From: an uncultured Anaerotruncus sp.
Lineage (GTDB): Bacteria > Bacillota > Clostridia > Oscillospirales > Ruminococcaceae
Length of the DNA: 64,000 nt
NCBI GenBank assembly: GCA_904398655.1
Contig: CAJFPF010000066.1
Span: forward strand, 14,784 to 78,783
Direction of reading: 5' to 3'
Made by a program: the position numbers and the translations under genes. Under the pieces are notes generated by a model. That model did not search any database. It was not told the origin of the DNA and saw only the letters and a program-made list of their open reading frames with translations. This document shows positions 18,147-25,841 of this stretch, piece after piece. The first letter of the stretch is position 1. Each line of letters opens with the position of its first letter.

Positions 18147-18371
18147 TGCTACGTATTTTCTCCAGCTGTAGGAGCGGGCCGGTTGTATGCAGCGGCATAG
18201 ACAATACCATATTTCAAAAACAGCTTTTGCAAAAAGTTGGGGGGAGTAGGGGATAGTCATAACGAAAAAGTTAAAACCGCCTAACGAATCGAGACTTCTG
18301 TTAAATGGCAGCTTCCATTACAATAGAGACATCCCAAGGCCATTCCACAGAAAATCAGGAGGTTTTTCAAT

Positions 18372-19535
18372 ATGAGACAGTTTTCCAAAACAACATCCCT
18401 GCTGGTGGCAATCGCGCTGGTCGCGTCCCTGGCTGGTTGCGGAAGCGCTGGAAGCACTTCTCAAGCGTCTTCCCAATCGGCATCTTCCTCCCAATCTTCC
18501 GTTGCATCCACTGAGCCGGAAGAGGTACAGACAGAGCCGGAGGAAGATGTGCTGAGAATTGCGGAACAGGGGATCTTTTCCGCAGGCGGGACGGTGATCA
18601 CTTCGGATGGAACCTTCGATGTGTCCAACTACTATACCTCCCGGGAAGGTTCCACCGCCCACGTGGACCATGCCAATGTACTCTACCAAATTCCCGAGAA
18701 CGCGGACGAGCTCCCCATGGTGTTCCTACACGGCTACGGCCACTCCCGGATGGGTTGGATGACCACCCCGGACGGCCGGGAGGGCTGGCCGAACATGTTC
18801 CTGCGGATGGGTCACAGTGTCTGGCTTGTGGACCAGCCCCGCCGCGGGGAAGCTGGACAGACCTCCGTAGCGGGCACCATGACCACCACCCCTTCCGATC
18901 AGACCTGGTATACCCAGTTCCGCATTGGTACCTACCTGGATGGTGCCTTTACCTACAATGAGGGGTCTCAGTTCCCCCAGGGGGAGGATGTCCTGGACCA
19001 GTTTTTCCGCCAGATGACCCCCGATACTGGCATGGACAATGCTGCCGGGGATCAGAACATTGACAATGAAGTGGTGGCCCGAGCGGTAGCAGCAGCTATC
19101 GACGAGATCTATGCGCGTACAGGCCAGGACTCGATTCTGGTGACCCATTCCCAGGGCGGCATGCCTGGCTGGGAGACCGCCCGGTACACCGACCACATCG
19201 CGGCTATCGTAGCCATTGAGCCAGGGATGGCCCCGGAGGTGGACAGTGAGGCCTACACGGCGCTGTTGGAGCAGCAGATCCCCATCACCTTCTACTACGG
19301 TGATTATATCGGCGAAGAATTTACCGATGTACCGGCGGCGTCCATGTGGTCGATGATGGCCTCTAGCGCTGATACGTTCACAGAGGCCTATACCGCGGCG
19401 GGTGGAATCAGTACCCTTGTCCATCTGCCGGAGGAGGGGATCACTGGCAACGACCACTTTATGTTCCAAGACCTCAATAATGACGTCATTGCCGACCATA
19501 TTGAGGCCTGGATTCAGGAGAATGTCCAAGCATAA
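18372..19535 (+). CDS. Lipoprotein, alpha/beta-hydrolase fold (esterase/lipase-like)
   Basis: Lipobox LVASLAGC followed by a Ser-rich linker. It also has PMVFLHG (oxyanion HG), THSQGG (nucleophile elbow) and GNDHFMF (likely catalytic His). Confidence 0.75.
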   Translation: MRQFSKTTSLLVAIALVASLAGCGSAGSTSQASSQSASSSQSSVASTEPEEVQTEPEEDVLRIAEQGIFSAGGTVITSDGTFDVSNYYTSREGSTAHVDHANVLYQIPENADELPMVFLHGYGHSRMGWMTTPDGREGWPNMFLRMGHSVWLVDQPRRGEAGQTSVAGTMTTTPSDQTWYTQFRIGTYLDGAFTYNEGSQFPQGEDVLDQFFRQMTPDTGMDNAAGDQNIDNEVVARAVAAAIDEIYARTGQDSILVTHSQGGMPGWETARYTDHIAAIVAIEPGMAPEVDSEAYTALLEQQIPITFYYGDYIGEEFTDVPAASMWSMMASSADTFTEAYTAAGGISTLVHLPEEGITGNDHFMFQDLNNDVIADHIEAWIQENVQA

Positions 19536-19550
19536 TGTCTTTAGAAGGGA

Positions 19551-20363
19551 ATGAGAACGATGAAAAACTGGAAAAAGATGTTTGCCGGTCTCGTTTCGGC
19601 CGTCCTGGTTGTGACAATGGCCGCTTGTGGCGGGGAAACTGCCTCCCAGGTGACAGATAGCTCCTCTCCCTCATCCGCTGTTTCGGAGGAGAGTTCCCAA
19701 TCGGAAGCAGCCGTGCCCGCTGTAGAGGCTTCCCAGCCGGAGGAAGCTTCCTCTGTGTCATCCTCCTCCGCGCCGGAGCATTCCCGGGCTGAGGCTCCCT
19801 CCGAAGAAGCCGCTGTGGAGAGCAGCCCTGCAGAGAGTGCCTCCCAACCGGAGGAGGAACCGGAACAACAGCCGGGCGGAACTCTGGTGGTCTACTTCTC
19901 CGCCACCGGCAATACCCAGGCGGTGGCAGAGACCATTGCGGATACCTTGGGTGCGGACCTTTATGAGATTGTTCCTGAGGAGCCTTACACCGATGCGGAT
20001 CTAAACTGGAACGATCCGGACAGCCGGGTAAATACGGAACATGAGGATCCCAGCGCCCGGCCTGCCATCGCAGGCGGTATTCCTGACCTGAGCAGCTATG
20101 ATACCATCCCGATCGGCTATCCCCTCTGGTGGAGGGAGGCGCCGCCCATTGTATGGAATTTTGTGGAAACAGCCGATCTGGCAGGTAAAACGATGATTCC
20201 CTTCTGTACCTCCATGTCGGACGGCATCGGTTCCAGTGGGGATACTCTCGCAGGAATGGCCCCCAACGCTACCTGGCTGGCAGGACAACGGTTTGGAGAA
20301 AATTTGGATGCGGCCAGCGTGACCCAATGGGTACAGAGTTTAGGGCTGGATGCTGCGGCATAA
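19551..20363 (+). CDS. Lipoprotein with flavodoxin-like (Flavodoxin_4-type) domain
   Basis: Lipobox VTMAACGG followed by a linker of about 85 aa rich in S, E, P and A. The domain carries LVVYFSATGNTQAVAETIA...GYPLWWREAPP...IPFCTSMSDG. Confidence 0.75.
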   Translation: MRTMKNWKKMFAGLVSAVLVVTMAACGGETASQVTDSSSPSSAVSEESSQSEAAVPAVEASQPEEASSVSSSSAPEHSRAEAPSEEAAVESSPAESASQPEEEPEQQPGGTLVVYFSATGNTQAVAETIADTLGADLYEIVPEEPYTDADLNWNDPDSRVNTEHEDPSARPAIAGGIPDLSSYDTIPIGYPLWWREAPPIVWNFVETADLAGKTMIPFCTSMSDGIGSSGDTLAGMAPNATWLAGQRFGENLDAASVTQWVQSLGLDAAA

Positions 20364-20419
20364 GGGGAAAAGGATCTGGTTTTTCCCTGAAATAGGGGGA
20401 GAGGAGTGTTTGATTTGAA

Positions 20420-22018
20420 ATGATTATCGTAAAGCGAATCCTGGCGATGCTTTTGGCAGGAGTGACAGCCTTTTCCCTGGCTGCTTGCAGTCAATCGGGG
20501 GCAGCGTCCTCCAACGCCAATCCGCAGGCCAGCTCTCAACAGGAAGGTTCCCAAGCGGAGGCTCAGGAGGACCCCCTGCCGGATGGTGTGGTGGAGACCA
20601 CTGCCGGCTTGGTGCAAGGTACCCTTGAGGACGGGATCTACCGCTATTTGGGTGTTCCCTATGCCCAAGCCACCGAGCGGTTTGTCCCGGCAGGGGAGGT
20701 GGAGCCCTGGGAGGGCATTTTTGTGGCGGATAGCTATGGCTCCATGTCCCCCCAGGGGGCAATTTCCGGTGTCGGCGGAGCAGCTGACCAGTCGGGTACC
20801 GACAACAACTGCCAAAACTTGAACATCTGGACCCCTGGCGCGGGTGACGGCCAAGCCCGGCCGGTGATGGTGTGGCTCCACGGAGGTGGCTTTTCCACTG
20901 GATCGGCAAATGAGGCGGGCTATGATGGGGCGAATCTAAGCCGGGATGGGGACGTTGTGGTGGTGGGCGTCAACCACCGCCTGAACGTCTTCGGCCACCT
21001 GGATCTGTCCGCTTACGGTGAGAAATATCAATATTCCGCCAATGTGGGGATCGCCGATATTGTGGACGCACTGGAATGGATCCAGAAAAATATAGCGGCT
21101 TTCGGCGGCGATCCGGAAAATGTGACCATCTTTGGCCAGTCGGGGGGCGGCGCGAAGGTGTTGGCTCTGATGACCTCTCCCTATGCCCAGGGATTGTTTG
21201 ACAAGGGGATTGTGCAAAGCGGCGCCACCGAGACCATGGGCCCCAGCTTCAACACCCAGGAGTCCAGCACTGCCCTGACAGAAAACATTTTAGGAATTTT
21301 GGGGATCACCGCTGAAAATATTGAGGATCTCCAGACGGTTCCCGTGGATCAGCTGGAGGAGGCAGCCACCCAGGCGCTGGCCCAAACAGGGGAGCAGCTT
21401 CAGATTCCGGCCGCCCTGGGGGACGCCTATTCCATGGATTGGGAACCAGTAGTGGACGGGGACTTCTTGCCCACCAATCCGGTGACTGAGGACTCCTTTG
21501 CAGATGCCGGACGGGACATTCCGCTGCTGATCGGCAGCAACTTGAACGAGTGGACCGGTTTCTTCCCCTCCGACCCCATCCCGGCAACTCCAGAACTGAC
21601 CGCTGCGCTGCAAGCTGCCTACCCCAATAAAGAGGGCCTCACAGCGGAGCAGGTGGATTCTACCCTGATTCGCTTGCCCATCCTGCGGATCATGTCCCAT
21701 AAGGCCGACCAGGGCGGTGCGCCGGTGTATGGCTATGTGTTCACCTATGGCGATTCCTACCATGGGGCGGAAATCCCCTATGTCTTTGACAACTTGGGGG
21801 AGGATGCTGCAGAGGAACAACAGGCCCTGGCGGATCAGATCAGCCAGGCATGGTTGAATTTTGCCAAGACAGGTACACCTTCCGCGGAGGGCATGCCGGA
21901 GTGGGAGCCCTATACCCGAGCGGGAGGAGCGACCATGCTGTTGGATGTCCAGCCGGAGCTGGTCCATCATCACGACCAAGCTCTGTTGGCAATTCTAGCC
22001 CCCGACTACATCTACTGA
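20420..22018 (+). CDS. Lipoprotein, type-B carboxylesterase (para-nitrobenzyl-esterase-like)
   Basis: Lipobox FSLAACSQ. Carboxylesterase type-B hallmarks are YLGVPYA, VMVWLHGGGF and FGQSGGG (GxSxG). Confidence 0.85.
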   Translation: MIIVKRILAMLLAGVTAFSLAACSQSGAASSNANPQASSQQEGSQAEAQEDPLPDGVVETTAGLVQGTLEDGIYRYLGVPYAQATERFVPAGEVEPWEGIFVADSYGSMSPQGAISGVGGAADQSGTDNNCQNLNIWTPGAGDGQARPVMVWLHGGGFSTGSANEAGYDGANLSRDGDVVVVGVNHRLNVFGHLDLSAYGEKYQYSANVGIADIVDALEWIQKNIAAFGGDPENVTIFGQSGGGAKVLALMTSPYAQGLFDKGIVQSGATETMGPSFNTQESSTALTENILGILGITAENIEDLQTVPVDQLEEAATQALAQTGEQLQIPAALGDAYSMDWEPVVDGDFLPTNPVTEDSFADAGRDIPLLIGSNLNEWTGFFPSDPIPATPELTAALQAAYPNKEGLTAEQVDSTLIRLPILRIMSHKADQGGAPVYGYVFTYGDSYHGAEIPYVFDNLGEDAAEEQQALADQISQAWLNFAKTGTPSAEGMPEWEPYTRAGGATMLLDVQPELVHHHDQALLAILAPDYIY

Positions 22019-22041
22019 TCTAGAAAAAAGGAGGATCTCCC

Positions 22042-22641
22042 ATGAAAAACAGCGGAAAAAAGATCTGCCTGCCGGCGTTTGTATTTGCCCTGTCCCTCTG
22101 CCTGGCCGCTTGTGCGGCCAGCGGACAAAGCTCCGGCCAAGCAAGCTCCCCCGTTTCCAGCCAGACCTCCTCCCCGTCGTCGGCAAGTTCCTCTTCGACC
22201 CCAGAGGCGGCATCCTCGACCTCTGCGGGAACGGCGAGGGAATCGGTCCTGTCAATGGAGGATTTGACCTTTCCTGTGGGACAGCAGGTCTCCGGAGAGT
22301 TTACTGGCAACGCTTATCTGGAACCGATGATTATGAACGACGACATCTACCATTTTCCTCAGACCAACAACATTGTCTTTGAACCGGGCGCCAGAAGCTA
22401 TTGGCACTCCCACGGCGGAATGGTGATCATCGGTACCGGTGGGAGCGGTTATTATCAGGAGGAGGGAAAGCCCGCCCAGATCATCTTATACGCCCCAAGT
22501 TTCGGAGGACAATGGGTTTATGTTCCAGCGGGCGGCCGAAGCAATGGTGTCCGATACCTTCAGCGGCCCGGCCTATGTCTCCGAGATTCTCAGCGGAGAG
22601 AATGTAGCGGGAGCTCCGGGACTCCACTATGTGGTGTTTGA
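22042..22641 (+). pseudogene. Lipoprotein cupin gene with an aberrant 3-prime end (probable truncation or frameshift)
   Basis: Lipobox LCLAACAA, an S-rich linker, then the first half of a cupin (FTGNAYLEP...VFEPGARSYWHSHGG...GYYQEEGKPAQII). The expected GD..P.G..HWHG half is missing. The remaining roughly 50 codons are Arg/Cys/Ser-rich and overlap the next ORF in another frame. Confidence 0.5.
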
Positions 22642-22924
22642 CCCCGGTGTCATCAATAACTGGCATACCCACGAAGGAGGACAAATTCTGATTGCCACCG
22701 ATGGGATCGGATATCATCAGATTGAGGGACAACCGGTGGAGGTGCTCTATCCAGGGGACGTGGCCCTCTGCCCTCCAGGAGAAAAACACTGGCATGGCGG
22801 CAGCGCGAATACCTCTTTTGCGCACATCGCCATCAATACCAATCCGGAACTTACGGGATTGGAGTGGTTCGATCGGATCTCCGAGGAGGAGTATGACCAA
22901 CTGGCGGATTTGATTACCGAGTAA
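22520..22924 (+). CDS. Cupin-domain protein (intact)
   Basis: ATG 22520 lies 10 nt after GGAGGA. The protein has FSGPAYVSEIL...FDPGVINNWHTHEGGQILIATDGIGYHQIEGQPVEVLYPGDVALCPPGEKHWHGG. The track ORF starts further upstream at 22439. Confidence 0.7.
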   Translation: MFQRAAEAMVSDTFSGPAYVSEILSGENVAGAPGLHYVVFDPGVINNWHTHEGGQILIATDGIGYHQIEGQPVEVLYPGDVALCPPGEKHWHGGSANTSFAHIAINTNPELTGLEWFDRISEEEYDQLADLITE

Positions 22925-22942
22925 AAATTTTCGAGAACGCGA

Positions 22943-22973
22943 AACGGCCCGGAGATTTTATCTCCGGGCCGTT
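22943..22973. terminator. Hairpin between convergent genes (bidirectional terminator candidate)
   Basis: Perfect 13-bp stem AACGGCCCGGAGA / TCTCCGGGCCGTT with loop TTTTA. The flanking T/A tracts are only weak. Confidence 0.6.
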
Positions 22974-23007
22974 ATTCATATGCCGATGCAGCATCCGACA
23001 CCATAAA

Positions 23008-23574
23008 TCAATCGACCGTAAGGGATAGCGGGCAAGTGAGCGCGTCCACATAGAGAAGGGTTTCGGGATCCACCGCGTTGATATAGGCGGTATAGTCATA
23101 TTGCCCCACGGAGAGGGCCTCCTTCAGCTGGATCTGCTCCAGATACTGGTTGGGCGCCAGAAAGCCCGAACGGTAGATCACCTGATTTTTTTCATTTGCA
23201 ATCTCCAGCACCATCAGGTATTCGTTAAAAGCGGGATTTTGAAGTTGGATGTTTCCAGTCCCGTCGGCCTGGAAATGGGGCGTGGCATCAATCCGATAGG
23301 CAAACATCCCTTCCCCCGGAGATTGCTCCCGGCTGGGGGCACCAGGCAACGTCCCAATGGCTGCATTGGGATCCAAACCCTCCACCTGGAACCGGGGATC
23401 AATTTCGTCAGAGCCACCAGTAAATAAGCTCCAATAGAGGACGCCGGCAGTAATCAGAGCAACTGCCGCCAGGCAGGCCAATACCACCAGCAGGGACCGC
23501 AGAGAATTTCGATAGCGAGTCGTGAAACCGCCTCCCCTCAAAAGAGCTTGTGAAGAATTTTGGGACGGAACCAA
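23008..23574 (-). CDS. Hypothetical membrane-anchored protein with an exported domain of about 135 aa
   Basis: 188-aa ORF. A single TM span, SLLVVLACLAAVALITAGVLYWSLF, is followed by a beta-rich-looking domain. I recognise no family. The start is uncertain: TTG 23574 or TTG 23541, the latter overlapping the upstream stop. Confidence 0.55.
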   Translation of the reverse strand: MVPSQNSSQALLRGGGFTTRYRNSLRSLLVVLACLAAVALITAGVLYWSLFTGGSDEIDPRFQVEGLDPNAAIGTLPGAPSREQSPGEGMFAYRIDATPHFQADGTGNIQLQNPAFNEYLMVLEIANEKNQVIYRSGFLAPNQYLEQIQLKEALSVGQYDYTAYINAVDPETLLYVDALTCPLSLTVD

Positions 23575-24074
23575 TAACGATAGATCCGGAGGGTTTCAGT
23601 GAGTAAGAAATCGTAGGTGAAAAGGGTGAAGTTCACCAGACCCAGCACCACTACAATGGTAAACCGTCCAAAGTCCCCCCAGCCCTCCAACATATCAGGA
23701 ACGCCGAAAATATAGAGCATCACATAATAAAAGGCTACCACCATACCGTTGAAAAGCAGCAACTTGGCAATTGTTCCTCCCAATTTCCCCCATTTTTCAA
23801 TATAGGGTTTCAGCGTGGGGTAGTAGCCCAGCAGCATGATGAAGAGCATGACCGCCTCCCGGTCGGGCACAATGAGAAGTGCTAAAAAGGAGGTAGCCAC
23901 ATAGACCATGACAGCGGTCCTGGGGCCATTTTCCTCGGCCACCGCGATGAGCACAATCCCCGCGAAGGCAGGAAAACAGTAGGTGGAGAAGGGGATCAAG
24001 CCGGTCATAAACATCATCAACAGGCAGAGCGCCGAGGCAAGCCCGCCGATGGCAACCTGGGTGCTTTTTTTCAT
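23538..24074 (-). CDS. Multi-pass membrane protein (ECF S-component-like topology, family not recognised)
   Basis: ATG 24074 follows GGGAGG. The 178-aa protein starts MKKSTQVAIGGLASALCLLMMFMTGLIPF and has about 5-6 hydrophobic spans. The track ORF from 24212 is an upstream extension that overlaps the J-protein gene. Confidence 0.65.
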   Translation of the reverse strand: MKKSTQVAIGGLASALCLLMMFMTGLIPFSTYCFPAFAGIVLIAVAEENGPRTAVMVYVATSFLALLIVPDREAVMLFIMLLGYYPTLKPYIEKWGKLGGTIAKLLLFNGMVVAFYYVMLYIFGVPDMLEGWGDFGRFTIVVVLGLVNFTLFTYDFLLTETLRIYRYWFRPKILHKLF

Positions 24075-24096
24075 TGGGACAGCCTCCCGTGCATGG

Positions 24097-24708
24097 TCAG
24101 AAACAACTGCTGGAACAACAGTCGCTGCAACAACTGGCACAGTACATTGCAGCGCAGACATCACAGCAACTACAGCCTCCCACATAGGGCTGACCGGTCC
24201 CCATATTGCCATATTGCCGGGGCTGGCCGGTCTGGCGCTGCCACAGCAATTGGTTATAAGCAGCGGAATATTCTGTATTCTGGGGATTCATGGAACAGGC
24301 CCGCTGAAAACATTGGAGCGCGTCGTCCAGCCACCCTCGGGAGTAGTAGATACTGCCCTTGAGAAAATACCATTCCGCATCCCGGTTGGATGCGGCGACG
24401 CCGTCCAAGAGCTCTTGGGCTTCGGCGATCCTCCCGGCGTTGATCAGCCGACGGATGTCGGAGAACTGGGAGTAACCGGAGGAGCCGGCGGACTGATATC
24501 CCCCCGAGGAGCCGCCCCGCTTGCGCTGCGCCATAATGGTATCGTAAGCCTGGTTGATCTCCTGCATCTTTTCTTCGGCCAAATCGGCCAGGGGATTGTT
24601 GGCGTAGTTGTCCGGGTGGTATTTCTTGGCCAACTCCCGATATGCAGATTTCACCTGTTCGTCGGTGGCATTGGGGGATACGCCCAAAACCTTGTAAGGA
24701 TCGGTCAT
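24097..24708 (-). CDS. J-domain protein with a TPR-like middle region and a C-terminal cysteine string
   Basis: 203 aa. J domain DPYKVLGVSPNATDEQVKSAYRELAKKYHPDNY (HPD present), then a G/S linker and a TPR-like segment (AEWYFLKGSIYYSRGWLDDALQCFQRACSMNPQN). The tail is GGCSCCDVCAAMYCASCCSDCCSSSCF. Confidence 0.85.
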   Translation of the reverse strand: MTDPYKVLGVSPNATDEQVKSAYRELAKKYHPDNYANNPLADLAEEKMQEINQAYDTIMAQRKRGGSSGGYQSAGSSGYSQFSDIRRLINAGRIAEAQELLDGVAASNRDAEWYFLKGSIYYSRGWLDDALQCFQRACSMNPQNTEYSAAYNQLLWQRQTGQPRQYGNMGTGQPYVGGCSCCDVCAAMYCASCCSDCCSSSCF

Positions 24709-25580
24709 CGGTGTTCATTCTCCTTCGGCAACATGATTCGTTCCACAGTATCGCGTAGCCCTAGATGGACAATGTTGTCCAAAATGGGCTTATAACGGGC
24801 GAGGTCCAACAGCTCATACGTTTTGATCAACTCCCCAATCGTCAGAAAGAGCGACCCTTTGGCGTTTTCCCGGATCTGTTGGAGCTGTTGGGGGGAGGGG
24901 TTGTCCGCCTTTTCCCGCAGCAAAAAGGCGTTGTAGCTGTGATTTTTCAGATCCTCTTCCAAATCATCTAAGGCGTCGGCCAAATAGATATAGCGGCCCA
25001 GCAGGTACCCCATGCGCTCCAAAATACGCTGTTGAGCGGACTGGGGGGAGAGCATCTGGCAGATATGGGAGAGGGCCAGCGCGGTAGGTTCGCAGGCCCG
25101 GTCCACGCTGTCGCATTGCTCGGCTTCCAACTGGGCCTGCATACTGACCATTTCATAGAGGGCGTCAGCCACAGCGGGATATTGTTCCGCCGCCCTGCGG
25201 TAGGCGCTGTAACAGAAGGGTTTACAGGCCAGGACAAGCAATTTTTTAGGAAACCTGCTGTCTTGGTAGTTGTCCAGCGCCTTAAAATAGAGCATGATCA
25301 TGGCAGTGCCGCAGGAAAACGCCAACGCGCTGTCCTCCTGGCAGATGGGAACCCGCTTCAAGGGATTCAAAAGGCAACGGCCGGGCGCGAACCGCTGGGC
25401 CTGTTCTGCCAAGGCCATCTGCAACAGGGCCAAAAAGGTAAAATCATAGCTCAGGGTCAAGCGGGAAAAAGGGCCGTATTGCCGTCCCAACTGCTTGCAT
25501 AGACCGCAATAGACCGCCTTGTACAACTCATATTCACAGACACGCAGCTGCCCTTTGGAAGGTTGTACATAGCCAAACAT
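24705..25580 (-). CDS. DUF5685-like protein
   Basis: 291 aa. The N-terminus MFGYVQPSKGQLRVCEYELYKAVYCGLCKQLGRQYG matches my memory of the DUF5685 family. Its stop overlaps the J-protein ATG (ATGA at 24705-24708). Confidence 0.65.
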   Translation of the reverse strand: MFGYVQPSKGQLRVCEYELYKAVYCGLCKQLGRQYGPFSRLTLSYDFTFLALLQMALAEQAQRFAPGRCLLNPLKRVPICQEDSALAFSCGTAMIMLYFKALDNYQDSRFPKKLLVLACKPFCYSAYRRAAEQYPAVADALYEMVSMQAQLEAEQCDSVDRACEPTALALSHICQMLSPQSAQQRILERMGYLLGRYIYLADALDDLEEDLKNHSYNAFLLREKADNPSPQQLQQIRENAKGSLFLTIGELIKTYELLDLARYKPILDNIVHLGLRDTVERIMLPKENEHR

Positions 25581-25744
25581 AGTGTCTCCAATTCAAAAAC
25601 AAAACATAGAGCCTTCTAACTACAGTATTTTACATGATCTTGTGCGCCATTTGTTGAATAAACTGTGAACGCCCCATTTCCGCATAGAAAATTGATGCAA
25701 AGGGAATTCCCAGAGAAAAAACAGAGAAAAACCAGAAAGAAGGG

Positions 25745-25773
25745 TTGATTTTGCTGGGCAATCGCGGTATGAT
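25745..25773 (+). promoter_or_regulatory. Candidate sigma-A promoter of the paaK-ior operon
   Basis: TTGATT (25745-25750), a 17-nt spacer, then TATGAT (25768-25773). Confidence 0.45.
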
Positions 25774-25841
25774 AAAATTTAACGGATAAATTCGCTAAAG
25801 TGCCTGCGCCTTTGCGGAAAGGAAACGGAGTGTGCAAACCA

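Noticed and set aside
18305-18514. 69-aa plus-strand ORF overlapping the start of the alpha/beta-hydrolase lipoprotein gene.
   Set aside because: It is out of frame with the lipoprotein ORF, which has an RBS (AGGAGG) and a lipobox. There is no independent support for it.
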